From the IMG/VR virus record IMGVR_UViG_3300004806_000019, positions 1 through 64,000 of that record: 64,000 bases of DNA. The stretch is one strand, 5' to 3'. Below the pieces are notes generated by a model. That model did no database searches, was not told the origin of the DNA, and worked only from the letters and a program-made list of their open reading frames with translations. Positions 1-9,615 of this stretch are shown one piece after another. This DNA comes from a virus. How positions within the stretch are numbered: the first letter of the stretch is position 1; each line of letters starts with the position of its first letter. The translations under genes and the position numbers were made by a program.

Positions 1-29
1 ATATCTCATAAGCCAGCGCGGCGGCGGGG

Positions 30-242
30 TTAGTCATCTTGTGAACTCCGTAAATATATTGGCGGGGCTATCGTCATGTTGGCCGCGTCAACTGCCACTT
101 TGTAAGCCTCGGTAGCCCCAGCTTTGTAAAGGTCATGGGCAATACGCAAAAAGCAAACAGTGGCTTCAACGGCTTCTTTGTTGATGGCGGCGGGGGTTTG
201 TTGGGTCATTTCAATCTCCTTTTCCAATGTTCCTGCCGACAC
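30..242 (-). CDS. hypothetical protein
   Basis: Small ORF co-oriented with the leftward operon; no recognisable motif. Confidence 0.5.
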   Translation of the reverse strand: MSAGTLEKEIEMTQQTPAAINKEAVEATVCFLRIAHDLYKAGATEAYKVAVDAANMTIAPPIYLRSSQDD

Positions 243-348
243 ATCAGACCGTCGTAGCAGGGCCGAAATATCAGCTTCCGGGGGCGGGTTCCGTGCCTGG
301 ACCAGTAGCCATAGGTACGGAAATCCATCTGTCGCCAGTAGGGGCGGG

Positions 349-549
349 TCATAGCGTCATCCCCAACAGCAAGTCAACTTCTGCAAAACAATCGGCAAGC
401 GATACCTTTGTCACTTGTTGGCGTGGCCCGTTTGGGCCAACTGCATAGACGACTACTACACACCCGTCTGGGTCAATGTCGATATCATCGGCAATCATCC
501 CAACAACCGTTCTGAATCGTTTCAAAACCGCGCGTTCTGCTTCTGTCAT
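349..549 (-). CDS. hypothetical protein
   Basis: 66 aa ORF packed 2 nt from the upstream ORF. Confidence 0.65.
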   Translation of the reverse strand: MTEAERAVLKRFRTVVGMIADDIDIDPDGCVVVVYAVGPNGPRQQVTKVSLADCFAEVDLLLGMTL

Positions 550-551
550 GG

Positions 552-767
552 CTAAAAGCTTACATTAGAGAGTTGCTGCAACGTCATAGCTAAGATACTG
601 GCAGGGTCAGCCAGGATAGCGTCGATGAGATCCAACTCTTTTTGCAGTTTTGCGCGGCGCTTCTCAAGGTTTTCCTTCAGAGTTATTGATAACTCTTGAG
701 GATAGGTGCCGAATTGCCCATAAGAATTAGCTTGTTGAGCAAAAGAAGAAGCTTGTTCACTCGTCAT
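552..767 (-). CDS. hypothetical coiled-coil protein
   Basis: 71 aa; 4-nt overlap with the methyltransferase stop; LKENLEKRRAKLQKELDLI helix. Confidence 0.7.
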   Translation of the reverse strand: MTSEQASSFAQQANSYGQFGTYPQELSITLKENLEKRRAKLQKELDLIDAILADPASILAMTLQQLSNVSF

Positions 768-1348
768 TTTACAGCCCTCATCTTAATAATCGTGTTCAAA
801 GCCACATTGTTCCCCTCTCTCATGAGACGTTGGAACGTAAAGGCGTCGTCATCTTTGAGAGTTCCAGCCTTACGAAGAGCCTCAATCCTGTCGATCAATG
901 GCTTGTAAAAAGGATCAGGCTCAAACTCGTAATGCTCAAGGTCAAAATCTATGCCGAACTTCAAGGCCAACCCGTTAGAAGAATTGTTATCAGCAATGTG
1001 CTTGATGTTCGATTTCTTTGAAAACAAGTCCATACCAGAGACGGTGATTGGACGTTTATGAGTTGGATCTCCATAGAAGTTGTCATGGAAATGATGCGGC
1101 ACCAGGATATCCAGAAGACACCCATGCTCACTCACCCGCCATAACTCAATCATCAAAGGAATAAAGCCAGAGCCGATATGCTCTAAAATATGGTGGGCCT
1201 TGATCTCAGACACCGACGAGTCGTCAAACGGCAGCTTAACCTTCGGATCATCCAGGTTAATGACATAGTCGGGGCTTACCCCAGGATCAGAGTCTATATT
1301 CAGAAACCCCTCTATCCGTTTGAACCCAGACCCGATGTTAATTTTCAT
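764..1348 (-). CDS. class I SAM-dependent methyltransferase (Methyltransf_11-like)
   Basis: N-terminal INIGSG glycine motif, FLNID, LPFDDSSV, HILEH; the short type usually found in glycan-modification clusters. Confidence 0.8.
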   Translation of the reverse strand: MKINIGSGFKRIEGFLNIDSDPGVSPDYVINLDDPKVKLPFDDSSVSEIKAHHILEHIGSGFIPLMIELWRVSEHGCLLDILVPHHFHDNFYGDPTHKRPITVSGMDLFSKKSNIKHIADNNSSNGLALKFGIDFDLEHYEFEPDPFYKPLIDRIEALRKAGTLKDDDAFTFQRLMREGNNVALNTIIKMRAVK

Positions 1349-1377
1349 GTCTATAAACTTTCAAATAAGGAATCCGT

Positions 1378-1770
1378 TTATCTCTTATGTGCATCTTCAG
1401 GATGAGGCAGGAATATCCCAAGGGTTGTCCCCGCAAAGGCAGATACTTTGGTCATAAACTCAGACATCTGAATGGTGTTCATCTCATGTGTACCCATCGG
1501 CTCAAAAGTTTCTTCGCCATTAATCTTGGATACGCGCTCTACCTTTGGGGAAAACATTCTCTTGAAGTCAGACTTCACACTCTCCGGATCGTCTCCAAGC
1601 TCATTGGCAATAATCTCAAACCAAGAATGCAGAAGGTTATTTTGGTTGAGAGAGCGTTTCTTGACATACTTCTGAAGAGTAATCTTCCAAGGCTTGGTAA
1701 GGTCTAGGGCGCTTATGGCACGAATTGCCATTCTGCGTTGGTCTTCCCCTCTTATAATGACCTCGATCAT
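1378..1770 (-). CDS. ninB: NinB/Orf-like recombination mediator
   Basis: KRSLNQNNLLHSWFEIIA and T..M...QMSEFM motifs; lies in an exonuclease/annealase operon. Confidence 0.75.
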   Translation of the reverse strand: MIEVIIRGEDQRRMAIRAISALDLTKPWKITLQKYVKKRSLNQNNLLHSWFEIIANELGDDPESVKSDFKRMFSPKVERVSKINGEETFEPMGTHEMNTIQMSEFMTKVSAFAGTTLGIFLPHPEDAHKR

Positions 1771-2102
1771 TTCTTAATCCTTGGACGATGTGGGCTGACC
1801 CTTCCAAGAGTCTCAGCTTCTTTCTTTAGGGAAATTCCAGCTTCCTTTTCCATTTCCTCCCACCCCTTAGTGTGTCCACGATCATGGTGTTTTGCACATA
1901 TGGGGGCCGTTAGGAAGTCTGAGCATTTTTTCCCCATGCCACCATTCTCTACATGATGGGCATGATTTGGGCCTTCACAGTCTCCAAGAGAGTAAAAGGC
2001 ACAGACGAAAGACCTCCGCACCCAACCCATATGGGCGGGAGATCTTTCCGGATCTGCGGCAATCTTGGCCCGTTTCCGAAGCTCAGACTTCCTAGGGATC
2101 AT
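1767..2102 (-). CDS. DUF968 / HNH-like zinc-binding putative nuclease
   Basis: HMGWVR, C..C, HAHHV, GMGKKCSD, APICAKHH pattern. Confidence 0.7.
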   Translation of the reverse strand: MIPRKSELRKRAKIAADPERSPAHMGWVRRSFVCAFYSLGDCEGPNHAHHVENGGMGKKCSDFLTAPICAKHHDRGHTKGWEEMEKEAGISLKKEAETLGRVSPHRPRIKK

Positions 2103-2950
2103 TGGCTGAACTTACCAAGGACAGCTTTGCACTTCCCTCTGAGTTCTGCCGCTATGGCCTTATCGAGAGAAGCAACTTCTTGGAGCTTAGGTGTCATCGC
2201 AGCGATGTAATCGTTGACATCCTTCTTGGTTTTGCATTTGTCCAAAATGAATTTGAACCCTTCTGCAAACTCTTTTGGGTTAAACGGTCCATCGACATTA
2301 AGGGGATGCTCGTCAAAATCTGGTTCAAAGATTTCCCCTGTATCATTATCAAAGTTTACAGGCTCCTCAACAGGCGTTGGTTCTTCTGCCTTTGTCTTTT
2401 TAGCAGGAGGCTGAATAATATTGGTTTCAGGGAGCGGAATGACGACAGCCTGCCGTACAGGTTCATCACGCCTTACATGCTCTCGTGGAATTGTCTCAAT
2501 CTCAAGTTCATCAAGGATCCCAAGGCCGCAGATTGATAACGTCGCCCTACGCTTGGATTTTGTCTCAGCCTTCATTATGGCATTTCCAAGGGCCTCTCCC
2601 TTTAACCCGGAAATGTTAACCGCACCCTTGGAGACATCTGTTCTCCCAGCAGCATTCCGGACCTTGCAGGTAACGATGAATACGCCATCCCGCTCACTCT
2701 CAGAGAGTTCTTCAACAGAGATATTGTGGATGGTCCGAAGCTGATCTGTGCAGTCTTTACGGGCATACAGCGTAAGCTTTCCATTCAGAGTGATGTATTC
2801 AAGCGGCTTTGTTAGAGGATTAAGGCCAACACTCTGACAAACTGCGGTGTAGTAATGAGATTTTTCATCTGGGGAAAGTTTGGACAGATCACCTTTAATG
2901 ATAACCTGTTCCATTAACTCTCCAGGGGAGAGCCGTACAACTTCATTCAT
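2099..2950 (-). CDS. putative single-strand annealing protein (Red-beta/RecT-like)
   Basis: CQSVGLNPLTKP and MKAETKSKRRA motifs with an acidic/Pro-rich C-terminus; immediately downstream of the YqaJ exonuclease. Confidence 0.65.
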   Translation of the reverse strand: MNEVVRLSPGELMEQVIIKGDLSKLSPDEKSHYYTAVCQSVGLNPLTKPLEYITLNGKLTLYARKDCTDQLRTIHNISVEELSESERDGVFIVTCKVRNAAGRTDVSKGAVNISGLKGEALGNAIMKAETKSKRRATLSICGLGILDELEIETIPREHVRRDEPVRQAVVIPLPETNIIQPPAKKTKAEEPTPVEEPVNFDNDTGEIFEPDFDEHPLNVDGPFNPKEFAEGFKFILDKCKTKKDVNDYIAAMTPKLQEVASLDKAIAAELRGKCKAVLGKFSQ

Positions 2951-2953
2951 GTT

Positions 2954-3784
2954 CTATTTCTCCTCTTTAATGGTGATAGATAGGCTTTTTGAGCGAGTTG
3001 CAATAATGCCATAGCCTGTGGCTTTTCTGGCATTGTCAGGAACAAGCTCTTTAATGGCTTTAACGGCAGCATCAAAAGCCTTAGCTGCATTTTTGTTGGC
3101 TTTCCAATCTTCAGCAGCATTAGCAAATTGATTGTTGCCGGTCATATCCACTTCGATCAGATCGTCAAACTTAATTTCGACCTTTGGCTCTGCCGCGACA
3201 AGAGATGGTGGAGCAACGTTGGATTCAACGTGGCTCCAAAACTCTTCTTCTTTATCAATGAGACGGTCGATAAAGTCATTGTCCCTAGGGACTTCAAACT
3301 TCTGCCATGAAGACCCGCCGAAAATAACAGACAGGTAGGCCATGTCTCCTCCAGCTACAGCCATATTGTGCTGTAATTGGGTATAAGCCTTCGACACAGC
3401 CTCTTCTGGCTTGGTGAAACCATTATAGCTTTTGGCTTCCCACACATTTCCACAGCATCTGCCGTCGAGATTGCAACGCATGAAATCATGCACAGGGTGA
3501 ATGAGTGGTTCATTGACGAGATCAACGACAAGGCCCGTCTGTTTCCAAAAGAACCAGCGATTGAGCGGCTCATTCCATGTCCCATTTTGCACAGGAAGAT
3601 TTAGAGAAAGGTCATCTCCTGGGTCAATCCCCACCTTAACTTTCCACAGCGCAAGCCAATCACCGGACATAATCTTTTCAGCATCACTGCCGCCGATCCC
3701 AAGGAGTCGGTTGCTGCTAAAGGTCGCAGGCTTCTTTAGAAGTTCTTCAATGTCGTAAATGGTAAGTTCTGAAATCTGCTTCAT
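2954..3784 (-). CDS. YqaJ/lambda-exonuclease family recombination exonuclease
   Basis: GIGGSDA, LW..K.G, FMRCNLDG, WEAK, QLQHNMAV; start placed at ATG 3784 behind GAGG (ORF track extends to 3886). Confidence 0.9.
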   Translation of the reverse strand: MKQISELTIYDIEELLKKPATFSSNRLLGIGGSDAEKIMSGDWLALWKVKVGIDPGDDLSLNLPVQNGTWNEPLNRWFFWKQTGLVVDLVNEPLIHPVHDFMRCNLDGRCCGNVWEAKSYNGFTKPEEAVSKAYTQLQHNMAVAGGDMAYLSVIFGGSSWQKFEVPRDNDFIDRLIDKEEEFWSHVESNVAPPSLVAAEPKVEIKFDDLIEVDMTGNNQFANAAEDWKANKNAAKAFDAAVKAIKELVPDNARKATGYGIIATRSKSLSITIKEEK

Positions 3785-3893
3785 GGCAGCAACCTCACTA
3801 CGTAGCTTGTAGCAATGCTGATCAAGACGTAAATAGCAGGAAGCGTAATCATGCAAATGATATGCACCAAACTTCCATGAAGACATTTCTCTT

Positions 3894-4049
3894 TCACAGC
3901 AACACTCCTATCAAAACACCACTCAGGAAAACACAGGCATATTTCAAAGCTAAAACCTTCTTTGTCTTTAAGCGAATTGTATTCCTATCGATGTTGTGAA
4001 GGATAACCCGCGCTGTAAAGGAATCTGCTATATCGTAATAGCTTTCCAT
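3894..4049 (-). CDS. small membrane-anchored hypothetical protein (not in ORF track)
   Basis: 51 aa MESYYDIADSF...ACVFLSGVLIGVLL; TAATG coupling with the upstream ORF; hydrophobic C-terminus. Confidence 0.55.
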   Translation of the reverse strand: MESYYDIADSFTARVILHNIDRNTIRLKTKKVLALKYACVFLSGVLIGVLL

Positions 4050-4429
4050 TAGGAATACTCCCCTTGAGCTTTTCTCAGATCTTCGATTAATTTCTCAGGC
4101 TCATCGTTCATATATGCTTCTATATAAGGAACAAGCCCATCATCACCACCTGAGCAGCCTAAGCGCGAATCACGCCATTTAAGGACATATCTTCCATCTT
4201 CACTTTTGATATATTCACCGACTTCAAAGCTTGTAAGCATGTAATCTGCTTCAGGATCGTCTCCTGGTTGCCAGCATCCCAACGAGGTAGAAAAATAATC
4301 CCGACTACCTTCTGAATAGCTGCCAACAAGATTTAAACGGACATCAATACATATCCATTCTACCTCATCCGTTCCACTAATTGGGACCGGAACCTCAAGC
4401 TCAATATCATGGCTGAAACTAACCCCCAT
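4049..4429 (-). CDS. acidic hypothetical protein, first gene of the leftward operon
   Basis: ATG at 4429 preceded by GGAGG; ORF track start at 4489 lacks an RBS. Confidence 0.65.
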   Translation of the reverse strand: MGVSFSHDIELEVPVPISGTDEVEWICIDVRLNLVGSYSEGSRDYFSTSLGCWQPGDDPEADYMLTSFEVGEYIKSEDGRYVLKWRDSRLGCSGGDDGLVPYIEAYMNDEPEKLIEDLRKAQGEYS

Positions 4430-4523
4430 AATCCGCCTCCCAGCGAAAAATTGAAAGCATATGTTAGGCTGCCTAATAGGTTCGGTCAATGAAAAGTTTT
4501 AAGTCTAGCTAATAGATAATTGG

Positions 4524-4553
4524 TTGACCAATTTTGTCATGTCAGGCTAGAAT
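4524..4553 (+). promoter_or_regulatory. sigma70-type promoter for the cro-like gene, probably leaderless
   Basis: TTGACC-18 nt-TAGAAT; ATG at 4561 falls at the expected +1 and has no Shine-Dalgarno. Confidence 0.6.
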
Positions 4554-4560
4554 GCTGCCC

Positions 4561-4770
4561 ATGAAAGATACGGGACTTAGAAAAGCGATTAAAGCTGCCG
4601 GAAGTCAGAGTGAATTAGCCAGATGGCTAGGCTGCACTCCTTCCGCTGTTTGTCAGTGGACAAAAGTTCCACCGGAACACGTTGGTCCGATTGAAACAAG
4701 GACGGGTATTCCATCGTATGAACTGCGTCCTGATTTGTTTTCCAAGCCTATAAAGAAGACGGGATCTTGA
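4561..4770 (+). CDS. cro: Cro/YdaS-like HTH regulator
   Basis: AIKAAGSQSELARWLGCTPSAVCQW...VP...IE..TG....LRPDLF signature. Confidence 0.85.
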   Translation: MKDTGLRKAIKAAGSQSELARWLGCTPSAVCQWTKVPPEHVGPIETRTGIPSYELRPDLFSKPIKKTGS

Positions 4771-5007
4771 TGAGGACATTGATACTTCTTCTAGGAATGG
4801 GGGTTGGAGGCGTTTTCCTTCTTCTCGCGGTTTGGAAAGTGTGGGAGTGTTTTGAGCTATTTATGGAGGGGATCCATGATGACGAGGGATTTGATTAGCC
4901 AAATATCGCTTTACACTGCTGGTTTTGTGCTATTTTCTATGGCCCTGTCTTTAATTCCCAGACGACGGAAATGCGCTCCAGATGCCCCCTCGTCTGTTGA
5001 GCGCAAA

Positions 5008-5054
5008 GCGGGGGGGAGGTTGTCCTCCCCTGTCCTTCCCCCCGCGCCCTTTTT
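5008..5054 (+). terminator. intra-operon intrinsic terminator
   Basis: GCGGGGGGGAGG...CCTTCCCCCCGC stem followed by GCCCTTTTT. Confidence 0.55.
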
Positions 5055-5059
5055 CTAAA

Positions 5060-5431
5060 ATGAAACGCCCTGAACAAGCCCTTCATAAGGCTTGCGCCGA
5101 TTTTGCACGTCTAACCGTCAGCAATGATGTTCTGTGGTTTCATGTTCCAAATGGCGGGGGAAGGTCAGCCATTGAAGGCGCCATTTTAAAAGGACTCGGA
5201 ACCTTGGCTGGCGTTCCAGACTTGACATTCATATGGCGTGGTAATAACGAGGAAGGGGTAAAGGTTGGCTTTATAGAGTTTAAAGCTCTTAAAGGTAAAC
5301 TAACAGAGTCCCAGAGTGTCTTTAGGTGTCGTTGTACATCCGTTGGCGTCCAATGGGAAGAGTGCCGATCAGTAGATCGATTTAAAGAGATCCTCAAGGA
5401 GTGGGGTGTACCGATGAAACGGGGGAAGTAA
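5060..5431 (+). CDS. VRR-NUC domain nuclease (putative resolvase)
   Basis: EQALH, FHVPNGG.R, GVPDL, FIEFK...G.LT..Q: PD-(D/E)xK VRR-NUC motifs. Confidence 0.85.
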   Translation: MKRPEQALHKACADFARLTVSNDVLWFHVPNGGGRSAIEGAILKGLGTLAGVPDLTFIWRGNNEEGVKVGFIEFKALKGKLTESQSVFRCRCTSVGVQWEECRSVDRFKEILKEWGVPMKRGK

Positions 5432-5899
5432 ATGCTTGAAGGACAGCACGATAGATTTCTTGAAAGAGTGAGGTCTTCATCTGAGGCTGTCCTTGCTGTA
5501 GCTGCTTGGCTTAATCGTGGAGGTTATGACCTTGAGATTCCTGGGTTAAACTTTGCTCCAACAGCAGCAGAGAGCAAAAACTATGTAGATAATGGTGACA
5601 TTGTTATTGTTGAAAGGAGGATAGTTGAGGTTAAGCAGCTTGGGGTGGAATTTACAGGGCCGCATGATTGGCCTTTTAAAGAAGTCTTTGTTTCAAACAA
5701 AGCCACAGTAGACAGAAAAATTAATAAAAATGTGACTTATATTTCATTAAATAGTTCAATGACCGTCGCTGCAATAATAACTAATGAGACAAAAACGAAA
5801 TGGTATGTAGTTGAATCGGTTGCTAAAAATACAGGAAATAAAGAATTATTTATGGCGTGTCCAAAAGGGTTGGTTAAATTTAAGAGAATAGTTAAATGA
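5432..5899 (+). CDS. hypothetical protein, possible PD-(D/E)xK fold
   Basis: DNGD...VEVKQ motif; translationally coupled to its neighbours. Confidence 0.65.
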   Translation: MLEGQHDRFLERVRSSSEAVLAVAAWLNRGGYDLEIPGLNFAPTAAESKNYVDNGDIVIVERRIVEVKQLGVEFTGPHDWPFKEVFVSNKATVDRKINKNVTYISLNSSMTVAAIITNETKTKWYVVESVAKNTGNKELFMACPKGLVKFKRIVK

Positions 5900-6465
5900 A
5901 ATACAGGGTCATCCTTGCAGATCCTCCTTGGAGCTTTGCGACGTACTCTGACAAGGGTAAGGGAAAGTCTGCCGAACAACACTACTCAACCATGTCATTG
6001 GACGACATATGCAGCCTTCCTGTCAAAGAGTGGGTTGAAGATGATGCCGCATTATTCATCTGGGCGACTTGGCCCACGATCTTTCAGACAGAACGGGTGA
6101 TCAATGCTTGGGGGTTCAAATACAGTGGTTTGGCTTGGGAATGGATTAAGAAAAACCCTGTGACGGGGAAATTTGCTTTCGGATGCGGTTATGGCACTCG
6201 CAAAAATTGTGAACCTCTTTTATTGGCTCGTCGGGGAAAGCCATTTTTAAAGAGCCGTTCAGAGAGGGATTTTATGTTTTCTCCAAGGAGAGAGCATTCT
6301 AGGAAACCGGATGAAACGTATAGCCGGATTGAGAGAATGTTTGATGGGCCGTTTCTTGAATTATTTGCAAGACAGGAGAGGGAAGGATGGACAGCATGGG
6401 GCAATCAGACCAACAGGTTTACAATTCAGAACACAATTCCCTCGCTTGCTGGGAGCTTTGTATAG
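5896..6465 (+). CDS. MT-A70 family N6-adenine methyltransferase
   Basis: ILADPPW catalytic motif, REHSRKP, LELFAR, WGNQ. Confidence 0.92.
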   Translation: MKYRVILADPPWSFATYSDKGKGKSAEQHYSTMSLDDICSLPVKEWVEDDAALFIWATWPTIFQTERVINAWGFKYSGLAWEWIKKNPVTGKFAFGCGYGTRKNCEPLLLARRGKPFLKSRSERDFMFSPRREHSRKPDETYSRIERMFDGPFLELFARQEREGWTAWGNQTNRFTIQNTIPSLAGSFV

Positions 6466-6534
6466 CTGCTTTGAGGGCGCAAGCTGTCGCCGGAAAGAAG
6501 CTGTCTCCCCAGGAAATGCTTGAGAGGGTTGATA

Positions 6535-7422
6535 ATGAAGAGAGTTAAGCCTTGGCTCAATAAAGGCTTGGCTATTTGGACTGAGGGTGACACCGCTTAT
6601 TTCTCTGTGGCGTTCACTTGGCGTCTCGATGATGCCTACCAACAAGCCGTTTTCTATAAACAAATGGGTTACAAGATCCGGGCTGGTGGGCCGGGAATCT
6701 TTACAAGGAAGCATTACCTTGCCGATGTCGCTGAGATCGGAGGAGATATTCCTGATGCGGTAACACACCACCATCCCGATGCTACATTTGCCAGCAGAGG
6801 GTGTGATGTTGGTTGTTGGTTTTGTGTTGTGCCAAAGATGGAAGGCAAGACATATACGCTTTTGCCTGATTTCACGCCTAGGCCAATCCTTTGCGACAAT
6901 AATCTCTCAGCACTTCCTGAAGAGTATCAGCGGCATATCATCGAGAAATACAAAGGTGCAGGGGTTCCTCTGCTTGATGCTAACTCAGGATTTGAACCAA
7001 GGACATTTTCAGAGGACGTGTTTCTTAGGTGGAAAGAGATCAACAAGGGCGCTTGGCGGTTTGCCTATGACGACATGAATGATCGAGAGCATGTCGAACG
7101 GGTAATGGCAATGCTGAGAAAGTATGAAGTCTCTCCTGCAAGGATCCAGGTCTATACCTTAATCGGAAATGAGCCAATTGGTGTCTGCATGGGGCGGATT
7201 AAAGAGGTTATCCAATGGGGAGGCCAGCCTTACGCCCAGCCAGTAATGAAGCTTAATGCCTTGAAGAAAGAGCCAATGGTTCGTCACGATTGGAGCCGTC
7301 GAATGCTGATCGATGTCCAGAGATGGGCCAATGGTCGATATTGGAAATATGCTCCAGACTTTGCGGATTACCGTAGGTCAACATACACATCAAAACAGAT
7401 AGAACCGGGGATGTTAATATGA
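6535..7422 (+). CDS. radical SAM superfamily protein
   Basis: ASRGCDVGCWFCVVPKMEG contains the CxxxCxxC Fe-S motif; also GGPG and LCDNN. Confidence 0.8.
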   Translation: MKRVKPWLNKGLAIWTEGDTAYFSVAFTWRLDDAYQQAVFYKQMGYKIRAGGPGIFTRKHYLADVAEIGGDIPDAVTHHHPDATFASRGCDVGCWFCVVPKMEGKTYTLLPDFTPRPILCDNNLSALPEEYQRHIIEKYKGAGVPLLDANSGFEPRTFSEDVFLRWKEINKGAWRFAYDDMNDREHVERVMAMLRKYEVSPARIQVYTLIGNEPIGVCMGRIKEVIQWGGQPYAQPVMKLNALKKEPMVRHDWSRRMLIDVQRWANGRYWKYAPDFADYRRSTYTSKQIEPGMLI

Positions 7423-8351
7423 TTGAACCAACAGCAGTTGTGTCTTTTTCCGGAGGGAAAGACAGTACCGCAACAGCCATTCTGGCCATAGATCGATATG
7501 GATTAGGGAGAGTAAGACTTGTTTATGCAGACACAGGCAATGAACATGAACTTACCGAAGATTATGTCCGTAATTACATTCCAGAAAGACTTGGGGTCCA
7601 GGTCGAGGTTGTTAGAGCGGATTTGACGCAGGATATCGAGCGTAAGCGTAAATATGTGGCTGAAAAATGGCCAGCCAAAGGGGTTCCTTCTGAAGTTGTT
7701 TCAAGAGCAATGCAGGTTTTGGTTCCAACGGGCGTTCCATTTTTGGATTTGTGTCTGTTGAAAGGCCGGTTTCCTTCCAGGTTAGCGCAATTTTGCACCC
7801 AGTTCCTGAAGAGATATCCATTGGAGAAATATATGTTCTCCATGATTGACGATGGATTCAAGCCTGAGTCCTGGCAAGGGATCCGCAGGGATGAGTCACG
7901 AAACAGAGCCGATGCCAAAGATGAGGAATGGGTTGCAGAGGGATGGAAGGTTGTCAGACCTATTGCAGCCTGGACAGCAGAACAGGTCTTTGATCTTCTA
8001 AAGGAGCGTGGCGTCGATCCTAACCCGCTTTATAAGCTTGGCTGTGGCAGAGTAGGCTGTATGCCTTGTATCAATGCCACGAAAGGGGAAATCAGCGTTA
8101 TAGCGTCTCGCTGGCCTCATCACGTCGATAGAATCAGGGAATGGGAGCATCTGGTTGGGGAAGCCTCTAAAAGAGGGTTCTCTACCTTTTTCACGTTCAA
8201 GGATACTGAGATGTCTCCTGAAGAGGTCTGGAATGTAGGAAACATTGATGAAAGGGTTGCATGGTCTTTAACGGGCCATGGCGGAAAGCAGTTTGATCTG
8301 TTTTCTGTCGATGTTTCTGAATGCTCCTCAATCTATGGGTTATGTGAATGA
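7419..8351 (+). CDS. PAPS-reductase/adenine-nucleotide alpha-hydrolase family protein (phage type)
   Basis: VSFSGGKDS PP-loop, ADTGNE, QFCTQFLK, GIRRDES..RA, RVGCMPC, C-terminal CSSIYGLCE. Confidence 0.9.
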   Translation: MIEPTAVVSFSGGKDSTATAILAIDRYGLGRVRLVYADTGNEHELTEDYVRNYIPERLGVQVEVVRADLTQDIERKRKYVAEKWPAKGVPSEVVSRAMQVLVPTGVPFLDLCLLKGRFPSRLAQFCTQFLKRYPLEKYMFSMIDDGFKPESWQGIRRDESRNRADAKDEEWVAEGWKVVRPIAAWTAEQVFDLLKERGVDPNPLYKLGCGRVGCMPCINATKGEISVIASRWPHHVDRIREWEHLVGEASKRGFSTFFTFKDTEMSPEEVWNVGNIDERVAWSLTGHGGKQFDLFSVDVSECSSIYGLCE

Positions 8352-8527
8352 GCGTAAGAAGAAGGCGTATGCCGAAAGGTGAGGAGATTGAATCAGCGCC
8401 ATTTCTACCCTTGGTTCATGTCGGGTGGGACGGTCGGGGAGATGAGGTCTACCTATGGCTCTTTTGCCTCTGGGTAACTCCGGAGAATTTGGAGAGAGCT
8501 ATAGCTTATTGGGGAAAAGATTTCTGA
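8348..8527 (+). CDS. small hypothetical protein (not in ORF track)
   Basis: 59 aa ORF starting with an ATGA overlap and filling the gap. Confidence 0.45.
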   Translation: MSVRRRRMPKGEEIESAPFLPLVHVGWDGRGDEVYLWLFCLWVTPENLERAIAYWGKDF

Positions 8528-8537
8528 GGGGATAAGT

Positions 8538-9011
8538 ATGATTTCTGACAGAAGAATGGTTGAGTTGGCTCTACCGGCAGCAATGCTCTACAGGGTTTTC
8601 AATTCCTGTGTTGCCAGGATTGAAGAGAAGCCAACAGATGAGGAACTTAGTGCCGATCTTCAGGTTTTGGAGTGGCTAAGGGAGGCTGCTGTTGAACCTT
8701 TTACGGGTACAGACCGGGGGAAAATGAAGAAGCTGGCTTCCAGAACTTCCAGGGTTCAGAGGGAAATTCTTTTCCCATTGGAGGACCGACCGGCCATGAC
8801 AGCGTTCGTCGCGGTTCTTCATTGGCTCAAAAATAAGCTCGATTCTGATGAACTTGTCCTGGTTGAAGGGTCTAACTTCGATAAAGCCGTCTCGATGATT
8901 TTAGAAAATTTAGCAGCACATGAGGACATTTATAGTGCTGTTGAAAAGAGTGCAATAAAGGCTGCTAAACGTATTGATGAGCAGTTGAAAGCAAGGGGTT
9001 ATTTTGTGTGA
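8538..9011 (+). CDS. hypothetical protein
   Basis: 157 aa helical ORF with a GAGGGG RBS. Confidence 0.7.
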   Translation: MISDRRMVELALPAAMLYRVFNSCVARIEEKPTDEELSADLQVLEWLREAAVEPFTGTDRGKMKKLASRTSRVQREILFPLEDRPAMTAFVAVLHWLKNKLDSDELVLVEGSNFDKAVSMILENLAAHEDIYSAVEKSAIKAAKRIDEQLKARGYFV

Positions 9012-9047
9012 GATACATCTAGCAAGCTGCCAATATCGGAGGCAAAG

Positions 9048-9563
9048 ATGAACTCTGATTTAAGAATAACAATAGGTTTTTGTGACCATCCAAAGACAAA
9101 AAGGTTAATCCGAAAGTGTGGGGATAAAGCATTTAGGTGCTTAATCCGGCTTTTTGAGCATACTGCTAGGTATAAACATGACGGTGTGCTCAGTAACATG
9201 GATTGCGTTGACATTGCTATTGCCAGCGATTGGCAAGGCGATGAAAACGAATGGGTAAACGCACTGTGCGAAATTGGGTTTTTGGACATCGTTGACGATT
9301 ACTTTTGCGTTCACGATTGGTCTGCACATAATCCTTATGCGTGTGGTGCGGATAAAAGATCCGAGAAAGCCAGGAATGCTGCTAAAGCACGGTACAATAA
9401 GAAGAAATTAACTCCTGCTCGTAGCAGTGCTTCAAGCACGTTTAAGCAATGCTCTGAGCAAGAATTAGCAGTGCTAAACTCTGCTTGGAGTTATGCCCCA
9501 TCTCCAGATCCAAAGAGATCTTCAGAGGATAGTAAGATTGTTAGTAACAGTAAGACTCTCTGA
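9048..9563 (+). CDS. putative replication initiator N-terminal-like protein
   Basis: DHPKT..L...C...A...L..L, LCEIGFLD, VHDW..HNP, then a basic stretch; lies upstream of the helicase and primase. Confidence 0.6.
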   Translation: MNSDLRITIGFCDHPKTKRLIRKCGDKAFRCLIRLFEHTARYKHDGVLSNMDCVDIAIASDWQGDENEWVNALCEIGFLDIVDDYFCVHDWSAHNPYACGADKRSEKARNAAKARYNKKKLTPARSSASSTFKQCSEQELAVLNSAWSYAPSPDPKRSSEDSKIVSNSKTL

Positions 9564-9615
9564 GAGAGGTAAGTAGTGTTCCCGGTTGAGTGGAAAATCT
9601 TCAAGGAGTGCAACT

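Noticed and set aside
7419-8351. CysH sulfur-assimilation auxiliary metabolic gene, or PAPS supply for the sulfotransferase
   Set aside because: It lacks the C-terminal ECGLH motif of CysH, sits among DNA modification and replication genes, and this family does not synthesise PAPS.
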